This document shows, piece by piece, positions 30,152 to 43,959 of a stretch of DNA of 64,000 nucleotides (its first letter is position 1; every line of letters begins with the position of its first letter). The position numbers were made by a program, and so were the translations under genes. The stretch lies in the NCBI GenBank assembly GCA_002633005.1, contig NMRA01000088.1, positions 244,186-308,185 on the forward strand, in the 5' to 3' direction. Origin of the DNA: Phoronis australis. Taxonomy: Eukaryota; Animalia; Phoronida. Below the pieces are notes generated by a model. The model saw nothing but the letters and a program-made list of their open reading frames with translations. It was not told the origin of the DNA and did not search any database.

Positions 30152-31626
30152 CATGCGCGTACCCAGGGGGTGAGGGTGGGGGCTCAGAGGCTCGAACGAG
30201 CCCCCCGGCCCCCATTTTTGCGAAGTGGGCAAAAAACCGGTCCGCCTCACTAGAGTCGAAATAATAACTTCAAAAAAAAAACGAGACAAAAGTACAATAA
30301 AAAAGCAGGAACTACCAAAATTCGGCGAATGCGCAATTCATAGCTCTGAACGTAACCTGTGAATCTTGGTGAAAGGTCCACATTCTCAAAAATTCGAGCC
30401 CCAAATTTTTTAGACTGGGTGCACGCATGGACAGAGACCCATAATAAAAATGTACAGCTTGGTCAGCAAGCGGTCCTGTTGATCCGACTAAGGATATGAG
30501 GAATGACTCGCACAGGCAGTGATCCGACGACATTTTGCCTCGCAGCCTGAGCCACTGAGGTTATACAAAACCGTGGAATCACTTGTCAGGACAATCAAAA
30601 CAGTAACGAATTAAACATGAGTATTTGGAAATTATATTTTGTAATTTGTCCCGGTAGAAATATCATCCACTCGTACTTGTGTGGGCTACGAGAGATCAAA
30701 ACATTAAGGAACACAATGCTTTACTGCGCCAGGCTAGATGACTGAAAGTAAAAACGCGACCACATAGATGTGAATTCATAGAACTGTTTGCACGAAAAGC
30801 CAGTCTTGAAAACTATCGCGCACTACTACAATACTTCAGTTTTTTTACCCGGCCCACGATAGGTAGTACATCCTGGAAGAAAAAAGATGTGGCATTTTTG
30901 GAGTTGCCCCGGCAGTAAAATTTTCCATAATTCTGATACAAGTCGACATACATTGAACCAACTGGGGAAAATAATGATCAGCGCGACGACTGGCCTGATC
31001 ACTTGAAACCTGGCGACTCGCATTTCTTTTTTCCAAAGGCTTTTCGCCAAACGCCTGACGTGCGCAAATTTCCGTGGCCTAGTTGAGACTCATTGATCTA
31101 AAAAAAAATAACAATTTAAAGAGCAATGGAATGAGCCGATTTTCCGTACCAGCAAAGCCGCAAAAACAGGCTGATGTTTTTTTTACTCAAGACCCCTGGC
31201 CGGTGGGCGGCCGAGATGAGTTGACTGGCTCAACCGCCGGGCAGACTGACACAACGGGATTACTCTCATGTTTGGTATTACATATTGTACTTGTCTTATT
31301 AGACTAAATTGAAATTCCAGCCTACGAGGACTGTGGGTAACTCAGCACCGTAGTGCAATAAACTTTTGGAAGTTTTAGGCCCTGTCCAAGGCTGCAGCGG
31401 TGCAGTGTAGGCTTACGGCTTGGCGCGTGACGACCGTCGGATCCATCTTGGACTATTTGAAATACTGTTTTGGAGACTATGCAAGTCACTGAAGCAAACC
31501 AGTCCGCAAACCCAAAATTCGAGACCCCTACATCCCCACATTTCAGGTTGGGCGCGTGCATCTACAGCATTTCTGGTTATTCCTGTACCATGGCCCCCGT
31601 AATTCAAAATCGTGGATCCGCCCCTG
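30152..31626. mobile_element. Possible hAT-like element(s) in the intergenic region
   Basis: CATGCGCGTACCCAGGGGG left end and TGGATCCGCCCCTG right end resemble hAT MITE termini; TSDs do not match, so may be two elements. Confidence 0.35.
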
Positions 31627-32496
31627 AAAACCCTAAAGCTCTGGGGTGAGCCCAGAGCCCGTCAGCATCATAGACATCAAAGATGTCAATGCTCACCACC
31701 ACAAAACTTAACACGAGATGTCGCGCAAACTGTTTCATGATCGGTGATTGGTTGACTTTTGTCACATGGGGATTTGAACTTTGGCAGACTAACAGACAGA
31801 CGACGGTCGTGTAGAAGATTGTTCAACTTATGAGGTGATTTTATCGTGTACTTTATTGAATATTTGTGCAAATGCTTTATGATTATCACAAACCATATAA
31901 GAATGGTTAAATAAGCGCCTGATTACATTATAAATAATAATAAACGTTATTTTCTGTCGAGATGCTGTCTTCTTTCCCGTCTATCCATTTGCCGGGTTGA
32001 CATCCGCCCGACCGGTCTGTCATCCTTTTTCGCTTTAAGTTCGAGTAAAAAATGGATGATTCGGCTGCATTTGATTTTAGTGCAAAGCTTTTAATATGTA
32101 CCTAATCATATTTCCATCCGATTTTTCCTTTGTTCAGCTACTTAAAAGTTGTCCTTCGAAACAATGATGACTATTTTGAGAATTGTATGATTAGAAATCT
32201 GCCTGTGGTTGTTGATAAATTCAATTTGAAAATGAATGGGCAGGTTAGTAGCCACGTTGGTTTCTAGGGTTCATAAAATAGGACAATAGTTCACTTTGGG
32301 GTTATTGTTTTCAATGTGACTATTAACATTCTGTTTTCTGAATCCTCTCGTCATGGCGATTCCAAAAGTGTGGTACTCATGCCATCTCTCTCTTCTTATT
32401 CATGCATTCCAGTGTTGTTCTGAGGCTTTCATTTGCTAGTAAGATGATCTCGGCTGGCAGCCATTATAAGATTGCGAGTTCTCTGTGCAAGAATGA

Positions 32497-34048
32497 TAAT
32501 AGGCAACACGTAGTCCCCCCGGCTGGCTATGCAGGGCTACAACACTGCCCAGGCATGGCCATGTGCCTCTGTGTTAATTTCATCCCGTGTATTTTAAACA
32601 GGCGGTAGGTCAAATCCACTCACTAAATAAGAGGTTTTCACCTCGTCAAAAATACATTTTACACTTAAAATTGTCACTAAAAAGCACTTACTTTCTTCAG
32701 CTGTCCTCTCTGGTTCTACTCATATCCTCGGTGAAGGACATGTATAGGAATTAAGAGAACTTTGGCAAGGATTTCCAACTCCACTTTTTTGATTGCCCTT
32801 AACTTTTTCAGCCGGCGCGATAACCACTAAGTATTTCAGTTGTCACGCAAGTAGGGCAAGCGCAAGACTCGGCGAAATGTGTGACACTTGCTAAAACGAG
32901 TGTGGGAAGATATCCGGTGGAATTAGTACGATTTGTGTCCTTTGGATTTTTTCTTCGGCGTAATTTCGTGTAACTACCTCAAAGTGACATTCGGCGAGAG
33001 AAACTGGAGTGAACCGCTTCAGATTTTCATGGATATGTAGAAATTATGTTGACTATACTATGTCCAGAGTCATGTGTTTATTATAACTCATAGTGTATGT
33101 ATGACTGGGAGCAACTTTTCATAGGAGTGTACTATCGTATGTGTATGCCTGAGGCGATGTACACGACGATGTAATTTAGATTGATAACTATGATCACGCG
33201 CGTGTCAGGTGATTAAAAAACTGGCTAGCGTATTGGAGATCGTGGGTGGTATATGAGAGAAATTCTGAGTAGAAAGTTACTTTAAGGAGTGCCTCTTCAA
33301 AATGTCTCCTTTGGAAAAAAGACAAAATTGGTGTTCTCTTGGACATACATCGTCCTCGTTCTCTCGGATATCTTTTGGCTCGTGTTATGGCGGACATATG
33401 TCAACCCCTAGACAAAATGTGGAAAACAGTACAAGTTAGGTTATACGATAACTAGTATCACTGACACTGACAGGCTAAAATACATGAACACAGAAATATT
33501 CTGCGACACACTTTGCATGGAAACAACTTTTGTATAGGTTAGCTATTAGTTATCATTCTTGCCGAGAAGTAATATCAAGTATGTACGTTAATAAGCGTCG
33601 TATTGTAAATAATAACCGATACAAAACTTGCAAGTTCCTGCTGATATCCTCCCGTGCTACTTTTTGTAAGTGTCAGCCGCCAGGTCATGCACTCCGCTCA
33701 GTTTGTTGTCCATTTACCTTTTTTGTGGTTATCGCGCATGGTGAAAAAAAAACGGCGACCAAAAAGGTGGAGTTGGAATTCTTCACTGCCAACATCATCT
33801 TAATTCCCGTAGACATGCTTCACCTAGGATATGCATAGAACCAGAAAGGATCGCAAAGAAAGTAAGCACTTTTTAAGTGACAGTTTTAAGTGTGAAATGT
33901 ATTTTTGACAAGGTGAAAACCTCTTATTCAGTGACCAGATTTAGACTACTGTCCATTTAATATACATGAGGTTGAAATTATTACAGAGACTGATGCAGAG
34001 TGTTGTAGCCTCTCGCCAGCCAGCCAAGAGGCTTCGTGTTGCCCATTA
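32497..34048. mobile_element. 1.55-kb foldback-type element with ~330-bp diverged TIRs
   Basis: 32497-32830 is the reverse complement of 33722-34048 (e.g. aataagaggttttcacct.gtcaaaaatacattt.acacttaaaa.tgtcact); no transposase ORF recognised. Confidence 0.85.
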
Positions 34049-35019
34049 GCCAGCCAGCTAGCTGTATGTAGGCTAACCGATTCAGCCTAGCTTCACCATA
34101 CTAGGCTGGGTAATAGTCAGATAGGTGGGTCCCTGATAGAGAATTGAAATGAGAACCAGTTACTCTCTCTGAATAATGTCTGTTAGTCAGTGGGAGTAAC
34201 TGGTTCTCAAAGCACTGGTGCTGGCAGAAGAACTGGGGAGAAGGCATTCATTCATTTTTCAGGACCCGCTAGCTTGTTAAATGTGTTGCTGGAACTATTT
34301 AGATACAAATTTTGTTTTTCTGGGTGGCGTGGGCGCTTCCTCACCTTAAGGAGAAGGTGCCTGTGTCTTCTGATAGTGAATTGTCCAGTGAAGGAAAGAT
34401 CACTAAACTTTGACTGCCATCAAAGTTTTAGCAGCCTATGTTTTTTTTTGTACTGCGCAGACCACACGTTTACTTTCACTTGGACTGGTTGTCAGTTAGT
34501 GGACGAAAGACTAATTTCTGATCAGTGACCTTTTTACTGCTTTTTTTCTTCTGGGAAACGATGTGTATTCAGCCCCAAAGTTGAAGCACCTAGAGTGCTG
34601 GTTGTGCACAGTTAAATGACTTTATATTAGAGAGTATGATTTGACTGTTGTTAGAGAGTGTTAACCTCGAGGGGATGTCTGAGTCATCATATCTCTGGGT
34701 CCTATCTTATCTTTAAAACTTGCTTTCAGCAGACTCCATTATTGCTGGGGTTTGGACGAATTTGTAGTTTTTGCTTCATTATTGAGGTTAAATGTAGAAC
34801 TCTAGAAATAAGTCCAAATTTGGCTAAGTCTGGAACATTATATCTCAGAAATAGCTGGTCAGATTCATTTTTAACTTTCAAGTATTGTGATTGATGTATA
34901 CTTCTCTAAACCACTGGTAGGCACTGTTTTTAAAATGTTTTACTTTTGCATGAAGAGCTATCAAAATATAAGGCTTTTGTGATTTTCACATGAAACGAAA
35001 ATGAAATGATATCATAGAA

Positions 35020-35216
35020 AACTGTAACAGCGTTGTAGAGATCTCGTCTTGAATATTAACATCAAATGAATTTTGGTTAACTGTAACAGCGTTGTAGAGA
35101 TCTTGTCTTGAATATTAACATCAAATGAATTTTGGTTAACTGTAACAGCGTTGTAAAGATCTCTTCTTGAATATTAACATCAAATGAATTTTGGTTAACT
35201 GTAACAGCGTTGTAGA
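35020..35216. repeat. 59-bp tandem repeat; 4th unit resumes at 36572-36615 after a TE insertion
   Basis: aactgtaacagcgttgtagagatctcgtcttgaatattaacatcaaatgaattttggtt at period 59. Confidence 0.93.
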
Positions 35217-36571
35217 CAGGGCTCAACATTAACTTTTTAAGCCACTTGCCCTTCGGGCAAGTAGTTGAAACTTTTACTTGCCCGAATAAAAAATTCACTT
35301 GCCCCACGTTCAATCCCAAATAGCACCGTGCATGTGCACACCTAGGTAATGTGTTACGGTAGGGCTGCCTGTGCTGAGCCTCCTCTTGTGTTGTGCATGC
35401 TATATACATGAGTTGCTATTTTTTTAACGATTCTTATAGAACATTTACTTATGTGTCAAAACACTACAGAGACAAATTAGAACTGTAACTATGGTATCTG
35501 AACCACTGTCTCACGTTCACAGGCGCCGAAATAAGCTAGGACATGGACTCTAGACACTTCTGTGTTTTCATTAGTTTATACGCCCTCATGCATTAAACTT
35601 TAGTTGTTGCTAAACCTGAATTTGAATTTTTGCTATCCGTAAAAATCTTGCACAGTTTTGGTCATCGGTACCTTGTATTAAATTAAAATCAAATTTTAAC
35701 ATATAATAATGCCACATATACTTTTATTTTCAATAAATAATTACATTTTTGAAAAATAGATAGACCGCGAAAAATTCACCCTTCAGAGCGACAATCCTGA
35801 AGACCGTATTCCTCTTCTTTCGGGAGTCGCCACCGGGAGCCGGGAATTCATAAGAATTTCCTTTGGAATTCCCCCTGAATAAATACCAGGCATTTAAAAC
35901 TGCTGTGTAGTGTAGAAAATATGTAGTCAATCATTCACTTTTTAGCTTTTGCGCATTGACTTACACGCCGACGAACGCGGTGCTTCCAGCTGCAGGCCTA
36001 CATGGGTAAACGCCGGCAAAAATCGCACGTTATCCCTTGTTCACTGTCTCGCAAGCCAGGAGACCTAATTTCCCATGATGGAACCCATCCCCGCACTCTT
36101 TTCGTTTCATATTGTTGCTTTGATTCTTCCTGAACTTGTTTTTAGCAACTAAACCAATGCCGTACAGGCCTGGACGGCTTGATTCTTTGGACGTTTTGCC
36201 AGAGTGCAGACGATCAGTAGTATCACGTGACAACTTATTCAGAAACTGCAGGGCACGTGCAGAGAAACGAAAGGATTTGACCGCGGGCGTCATCTGTGCA
36301 CGCTGCATCACACTCGTTCTATTTTCCTTTCGGTGCTCATTCGAAAACGGGAGTCTCTTTGACGGCCACAGGGACTTTTTCGACGGTTTTTAGGCTTGTG
36401 TCGGGGTTCGTTATTTTGGAGCAAATGTCGAGCAGACAATCTTAGGATCTACTTGCCTATGCGGCCAGCTTTTTAACTTGCCCATCGGGCAAGTACTTTT
36501 CAAATTCCACTTGCAAGGCGCAAAATCTACATGTACACGGGCAATCGGGCAACCGTTAGTGTTGAGCCCTG
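35217..36571. mobile_element. 1355-bp non-autonomous hAT-like element with 5-bp TSD
   Basis: TIR CAGGGCTCAACA(T/C)TAAC; GTAGA duplicated on both sides; subterminal ACTTGCCC/GGGCAAGT repeats at both ends. Confidence 0.92.
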
Positions 36572-39064
36572 GTAGAGATCTCGTCTTGAATATTAACATC
36601 AAATGAATTTTGGTTATAAATGTTATTGATACTGTTGTTTTGTTATGCACCTTTCATGTTTGCCTAATTTTACCAACAAGTCGTGGTCACACGACCAAGT
36701 TAATGGTGAATCAGTAAACTCAAAAAAAACAAACTGTTATTGGGTTAAAATCTATAGTTTTGTAGATATTTGGCCGAGTACACAGATTTGTGAATAATAT
36801 CCTGCATCAACTCAGCGAAGTTGTGCGAAGTGTTATTGATTTAATGTTGCATTGATATTTCTACGTCTTCTTTCTTGTATTAATCTTTCTTAGTGAGTTG
36901 AGAACTTGCTGGAATTTTACCATGGTAAAATGGTAAATTCTCATCAATTATGAGCAAAGTAGTCGCTAAAATTGCCTTCTTTTCGTTTTTCAAGGTCTTC
37001 GGACATTGTGAATGTCCGCAATTTCAAATTTACATTGTCAGATGATGCTAGCTTGGTACAGAACTTGAACTTGGAAAACCATAATTTGATGCTACATATC
37101 TTTCATGCAAAAATGAGAAACTAAAATTTAATTTGTCGACCATATTTTGTAATGAATGGGTTTGGCGGGCGTTCATCAGTTTTTGCTGATTTTGGGCTAG
37201 AAAAAAAGGTCGTGTCAGGTCCAACACTTTGTTCCGTAGAATGTATTAAAGTTGAAAATCTGAGCAGTATACTAGGCCAAAGACTTAAAAACTTGTACAG
37301 AGTCAACTTATACATTTTTATGACTACTGAAAGAGCAGCCGCGTACTTGAAAAACGAGCATAAATACACCGAATCAGCAGTTTTCACGCCAAAGCTGACA
37401 TTCTTGTGCGATTACTACGAATTGAGAAATGGTGCATTCAGACTGCCAAAACTCCACATTACAGAAATCAGGTAAAAAGTGGATGTCGTCCAGCCATTTT
37501 TTTACAAATCCCAAGTGTCTCAAGGGTACCTGAATTTCCATCTAAATTTTAACTTCCTGCTTGGAAGCAGTAAAAGTTTTGAGAAAAGCCGCGGCTTAGC
37601 AAAAAGTTGGTCAAGAGGTTGACTGCAACAGCTCGCAGTTTTTTCCTCAGAACAGATTCAAAAACCAAGCAAGTTTCATTCGTAGCCCTTCACATGCAGC
37701 ACAAAACTTAAAATGCACAGCCAGTCCAGCAGGTGCCTTTTTATGAAATTGGGGGAGCCAAATGTAACCTTTGTCCAAAAGAGCTACTAAGTGCCATCTG
37801 AGATTTTACCTCACTCAACATTATTCATTATTGGTTGCCTATTCAATTGCTGCTCAACTGAATATCTTTAGATTTGATCAATCGTCATGGAAACTTGCTT
37901 AGAGTGACTTTATTGTTCACGCAACAATTAGCCGCTTACCAAATTAACCTTTACCAAATTAACCGAGTTCTTTTACATCCAAGTGGGTAATATTCCAATT
38001 GGCAGTGTTGGGTCATGTAATTTGTGTCAACAGGAAACCAGTTTATAGACAACCTATTGACACAATGTGCAGTTTGAGATGGTTGCCTTCGTGTACTAGT
38101 TTGGGTCGTCACCAATTGCTTCCAGCTTTTGGCACTTGGACTTGTGTTTTTTACTTAGCTACTTAGGTACTTCAGTGGTTGCCGTAGGTTAGGTTGAGTT
38201 GAGACATCATTTTCAAATTTGCCTTGGGGAATTCGTTGGCCTTGAGAGGCGATTGCAATTGAGTGCTTGTTGCTGTTTTACCGATGTCCGGTATTGACCA
38301 AGTAATATCGTAGTGCAGATTCATTTTTTGCAGGAGTAGAAATTTTGGAAAACTACACATTGTTATATGAGGACTGGGAGAGTAGACTTTGGAGCATTGA
38401 AAAATGCTACCATGTGCCAGTTTGTAATGCTCAATATGTCAGGGCCAGGTCCATGTTCAAAATTGGGTGGTGTTCCCCATTGACGACCTTGGCGTGGAGG
38501 TCAAATGTGGCATTGTACTCTATAATCCTGTTCACACACAGCCTACCCTACCCTAGAACAACTTTCACTAGTGCAACTTACCCCAATTTTAAGTGGAGCG
38601 TCCACACACATATATCCGATAACTAGGGTAAGGCGGAAGTTGTCGCTGTGTGCATGACAATGAACAGCTGAAGCGAATACGGGGTACAAAAGAAAACTGT
38701 ATATAACAGTAGAACACACACTTAACGAAAACGAAGACCAGTAAGTTGTCCAAGCATGCTGCCGGTAATTACTTCCGCCGCACTCCACTTTTGTGCAAGT
38801 TACCTTAGAACTTTTTGCCCTACCTTGATAATGTGGAGTAATTTGTCACAAGTGGGGTAAGCTGCAATAGTTTAAATAGCGAGAGAGACATAATGATTCT
38901 TTTTCAGTTTTGCGACTCTGCTGATATGTGTGTTAGCGGCAATTCCTTCAGAAAGCTAGGTGAAACGTAGAATTCATTTCTCTGTCACCGCAAAAAAGAA
39001 GGGAATCCTGTGATATGTCACTTATGCAAGTTGGATTTGTTTTACGAGATTGGCAATTTGCAGC

Positions 39065-39190
39065 TACAGTAAAATCTCGCCAGTATAGGACACAATATGG
39101 CCGACAAGTGAAATTTTATTTTCTTGTTTTTTAATAAAAGATAAGTAGCACTAAATAAATGACAATGTTTTTGAGAAATCGTAGCCGTTC
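39065..39190. mobile_element. MITE-family end, homologous to ~41275-41430
   Basis: gtaaaatctc.cca.t.tagg.cacaat.tggccg...agtgaaattt...ataaaaga.aagtagcac shared between the two loci. Confidence 0.65.
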
Positions 39191-40914
39191 AAAACTAGCT
39201 TTTGAAAAATAAAAAAGACCAATTTTAGCAATTATTTTTGTCAGAAATTGGCCCATCGTCTGGTGAACACGTTGGAAGTTGTTCAAGTTGTGACGCTGTG
39301 GCAAAGCCTTTCTTTTCTTCATCCTAATTCCCGCCTTCACACTGAATGCTTTTGCAGAGGTAGAAAAGTACATTGTATGATTGAATTTATTTTTGAAACG
39401 TATGACCAGTAACGCACTTCTGAGCCAAGTCAGACGAGACGACAACTTTGATATAAATAGTGCAATTAGGGAAACTTACTTTAAGATTGCATTTCGCCCC
39501 CTTTAGCCCACACTTTAAACACATTTGGAGTTCTTAGCAGAAGTGTTGAAACTAACAGCTGCTGTTTGATGCACTCACGGCAAATGGTCCCTATTGTGTC
39601 ACATGATTGACGTAGAAGTCTATTCGCGTCATATGAAAAATTCAGGGTTGGCCAACCCCTACAAAATTGACGATTTTCCGATGCGTTTCTTGACCTGGAT
39701 TTGTACATTTTTCTTGGTAACGGATAAGTTCTATCATGGTAAAGGAAATTTCGAGACCATTTTTATTAGAGTAAGAGCTCCGATTTTATTTTCATTTTTC
39801 AGCCTTCTAAGCAGAGAGAAGTACAGCTTTAATATTAAATAATGATTAGCTTGGTTGCAGCATAGCCTTGTGGCATTCTGGGAAGTGGCTATTCTACAGT
39901 TATAAATGTATTTTCCTCTGTGGAGTGTGTTTTGTTTGATTGCTAGGATAATGGAAGATCCAAAATGGTTTGTTTCTCCAAAAAAATCAATCACCGTTGT
40001 CAGATATCATTATGGGGTGTAGTACGGCCTATGGTAATATGGCTGAAGCATGTGTTGTCAGGCTTGAGGCAGTGATATATTGTTCGATAATTACCCAAGC
40101 ACTGTTTTCATGGTGGTTTAGCCTTAAAGGTTCAACAAAAAGTATCTAGACCTAGTGTGCTAAGATCATCTATGTTTTCGCATTTTGCCGTGTCCGAAGA
40201 TTAAGAAAAAACAATGTCTAGGCAAACTACTGTTCTGTAATGAAGTAATTTTGAATTACTAAGGCAATGATCGGAGCGGAGTACACTAAAACGTCAGTTT
40301 GGTATTTGTCCTGTTTTCTGGTCGTTGACCTACTACGGATACTGTCATTCTGCTATGAACATCTATGATGTGCAGATTGCTCGTCTTTTTTCCTTTACGA
40401 ATAACATGGGTGTTCACCCAAACATCGTTATTTTCTCATGAAAATGTTGTTTCTTATCTATTGAACCACAGTTGTTTTTGCATGAACTACTGCTCTTGAA
40501 AAAAGAAATTTACTCATAAGAGAGAAATTGTCCTGAAAAAACTGACGCTGCCATTGCGGTTTCATTAATAAGGCTATTGATAATGACAACACTGCTAAAG
40601 CCCAATCTTAAACTAATATTAGTCTTCCTCTTGCATGACTGATCTTATAACATGTGTGCCACTCAAAAACATTTAGAATTTACAATCTGACAAAATTTGC
40701 GATATTTTTTCATGCGTACAAACTAAATGTTTTTGCACCAAAAATGAGTACGCCACGACAATGAAAAACAGCTAGCCGCCTATCAAGATTGAGGGTTGGG
40801 TGTAGGGGAAACGGACGGGTGGGGGGGAAACGGACAATTTAATGAGTCTTGTGCAGTTCACTGAAGATTTAAATCACATGTTGTCTATTTTGCCTTCAGA
40901 AACCGACATTAACT

Positions 40915-41035
40915 ATGGCAGTGAACGTGCATTCCACGAGTGCCACAGCGGAGACGCTCAGCCGGAACGAAATGCTAGCGTGGGTGAACAATTCTCTACA
41001 ATTACAGTACAGCAAAGTGGAACAGCTCTGCAGTG
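40915..41035 (+). CDS. MAPRE: EB1/MAPRE family microtubule end-binding protein, coding exon 1 (exon starts at 40900 after cttcag)
   Basis: [40 protein letters not shown](G), EB CH-domain N-terminus; donor G|gtaagg; 121 nt. Confidence 0.97.
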
Positions 41036-43920
41036 GTAAGGCCCAGTGTGTTTTAGCCAGCTGCCCCTACAGGGCGGTCGACTTATTGGATTCCCCTGAA
41101 TCACCAATGATTCGATCAACATTTTGGTCTTCAAGGCCATCTCATCGGAATAAATGAAAAATGAGTTACTGATCGCCACCCAACTATTTGAATAATGTAA
41201 GCAATAATATGTGTGGAACCTTATTGATCTCTGGTGAAATTGGTATGAGACAGGCTTTGGTGACCTCAATTAGTATGTAAAATCTCACCAATTTAGGTCA
41301 CAATTTGGCCGTCGAGTGAAATTTATTTTTTTTCATAAAAGACAAGTAGCACCAGATAAATATTATGTGTATCATTTTAAGATCTATTACCACTGTTACC
41401 ATCAAACAATGATTCTGAGAAATTGTAGGCATGTTTTCAAGATAATACCATTCGATGGATTAGGGTTCTTATTCAAAATGGACTAATTCGTTCCTCAGCT
41501 ATTTTCAGTACGGCCCATTCTAATTTTAAATGAGTTTCGAAACTGACCAAGTATTACAGTCAGTTTCATTATCTATTTTTGTGCTATAGGCTAAAAAATT
41601 ACCAAGTCTATCCGCTGCAATGTCATCAACAAACTAATGAATGTCTCTCCAAAGAAGGACTTGGATCTTTGTACTCAGTGGAGTGGTGTTTTCATCTCTA
41701 GGCCAACGCCATACAAGTTCGAAATGTGCACATATTACACAATTCATTATGTTGGGTCGGAATTTGGTATGAAATGCAGTGACATAAGGTGCACTACCCA
41801 ATGACCTGTTTTAGGAATCGTACTTCGCCTGACATGCGCTTACGGTTAAATGGGTGTTATTGAAATCTGTTTTGTTATATCTGGGCCCATATTGTTGTCA
41901 TCCTGTCTGGATGTCCGCTTGAAGTCTAGAAAAAAACTGGTCAGATCTTGCTGCCATTTGTCACAAGTGTGATGGTTCGCGCTAATTATAGTTAATGTGC
42001 CCCCTTCCCCACTCCCAGGTCTAGAGGGGTGGGGTTTTCTGTGTTTTGGGAGAAAGCATTTCCAGATGATTTCTAGAGAATCGGTTAACAGATTTCAATG
42101 AGACTACGCAGAGGTGTGTGATGTCATTGCACTTGCAACAATTGATTTTTAGTTGAATTTACCCCCTAATGGCCATTTTTGTAGCATAATTGACAAGGAC
42201 AACTTCAGTTTGCTTGGTTTCAAAGCCTCAAGTTTGCACGTGAATGATTTGCAGATGATGAGTCATACATTACAACCAATTCCAAGTGAAAAACTCTCGA
42301 TATTTGTCACATGGCAACCCCTAGGGGTTAGCAAATAGGTGGTTACCAAGTGATTTGTCGCGGTAGACAAATTTTGTCTCAAATCACAGTGTTAGTGTTC
42401 TGACTGATTTAATTTCCGTTACTAGGAATTTGCCCTAGTAAGCCGTAGGCCACAGATTCACAAAATGGTTTACTTTTCACCGTAGTTTCCCTACTACAAG
42501 CCCGGGCTTATGGATGGAAAATGTGCTTGTGAGGTTATAACACGGTAAAATCTTGCCAATTTTGGACATAAGTATTAGACAGAGTTAACACTTTTTTCAT
42601 GTTTCAAAATCCTCTGATATTGTGAATGCCTACAAATTTTGAAAATATTTTCTGATGGTTGCTACGATACACAACAAAGCATTAGCTTGATGCTGCATGT
42701 CTTCTTTGAAAAACCCAAAAAATAAGATTTCAATTGTCCTTAAATGATGATATTATACTGCCCCAATGGCTCTATTAGTTATTTATTTTATTTTGTAGAT
42801 AACCAAAATCGTGATAAGACAAACTATGCCCTGTTATTTGTAATCTTGTTTTTGTCCGACTCTAATGCTCATCATTTTTGGAAACTTTACAAACACTAGA
42901 AATATTTATTTTTTGGCTTGAAAAATAGTCCTACGTTCCTGTATTTGGAAAATTTTCCGCATGTAAGTGCATGGGTGGAAATTTCTGGCAAAAAATCTTC
43001 GGTTTGAGCCACGATATGGCAGACGAGGGAATTTTGTTTTGTCAAATATCTGAACTCGGCCAATTCAAGAAAATCCGGATCTCCTGTTAGCTTGATTGTA
43101 CGTAGGTAAACACTACCGTATTAAAGCACTGTATGGAGATTTGTATTTAATCCCACAAAAGCACATTGGTAAGAAAGGTGGGCTGACGCTCACCAGGTGG
43201 AGCCGTAAAGGTGAAAAATAAAAAGTTATTGGTGGGTTATTCTTCAGTGGATAGGATTATCATGCGCGAATCATTCAAACTGTGAGTTTTGCATTCTCAT
43301 CACGCACTGTACCGTTTAGGTTATGTCGGACCCTAGAGAAATGTCAAAATTTGGCTAACTTCAAAACATCGTATTTCGGAAATAGCTGATGGGGTTCATA
43401 TAAAGCTTTCGCATACTATGTTACTTGCACTGTTCTACAAAACGATGTTTGGAATTGTCTTTAAAATGTTTCTCTTTTTCACAAGGATTTTTGTGTTAAA
43501 CTTAAAACAATATTTTAGTTTAGAAAATTGTGACAGCGGTTTTGAAGTCTTATCATGAACATTTATGTCGAATAACATTTGGTCATGTTACTAATACCGT
43601 TGCTTTGCTCTCACTGTATCTTCCTCCTTGGCTAAATTTTGCTAAAAGACAGTCACATCAACCAATTAATGCAGATTGGTATTAAAGTCAAAAATCTTAA
43701 TTCTGCAGGTTTCCTACTTTCAGCGAATATATACTTTTACCGAGTTACAATCTATAGTTGTATAGATATGTGGCTAAACACACTGACATGTTCATAAGGC
43801 CCTCCATAACCCTAATGTTTCTCAAATAATGGAGAAACAATTATCAATTGACAGATTGAAAAGTTATTGCCAGTTTTAAATTCCCTGATTTAGCTTCACA
43901 ATCTCATTTTCTTTTTGCAG

Positions 43921-43959
43921 GTGCTGCGTACTGTCAGTTCGTGGACATGCTGTTTGACC
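43921..43959 (+). CDS. MAPRE: MAPRE coding exon 2
   Basis: GAAYCQFVDMLFD(H); tttttgcag| ... C|gtaggt; 39 nt. Confidence 0.94.

Noticed and set aside
31690-31830. Minus-strand gtgagc donor as an upstream AMPK non-coding exon
   Set aside because: The AMPK ATG exon has no acceptor-like polypyrimidine tract
35020-35216. CRISPR-like regular repeats
   Set aside because: Head-to-tail units with no unique spacers; eukaryotic context; no cas genes
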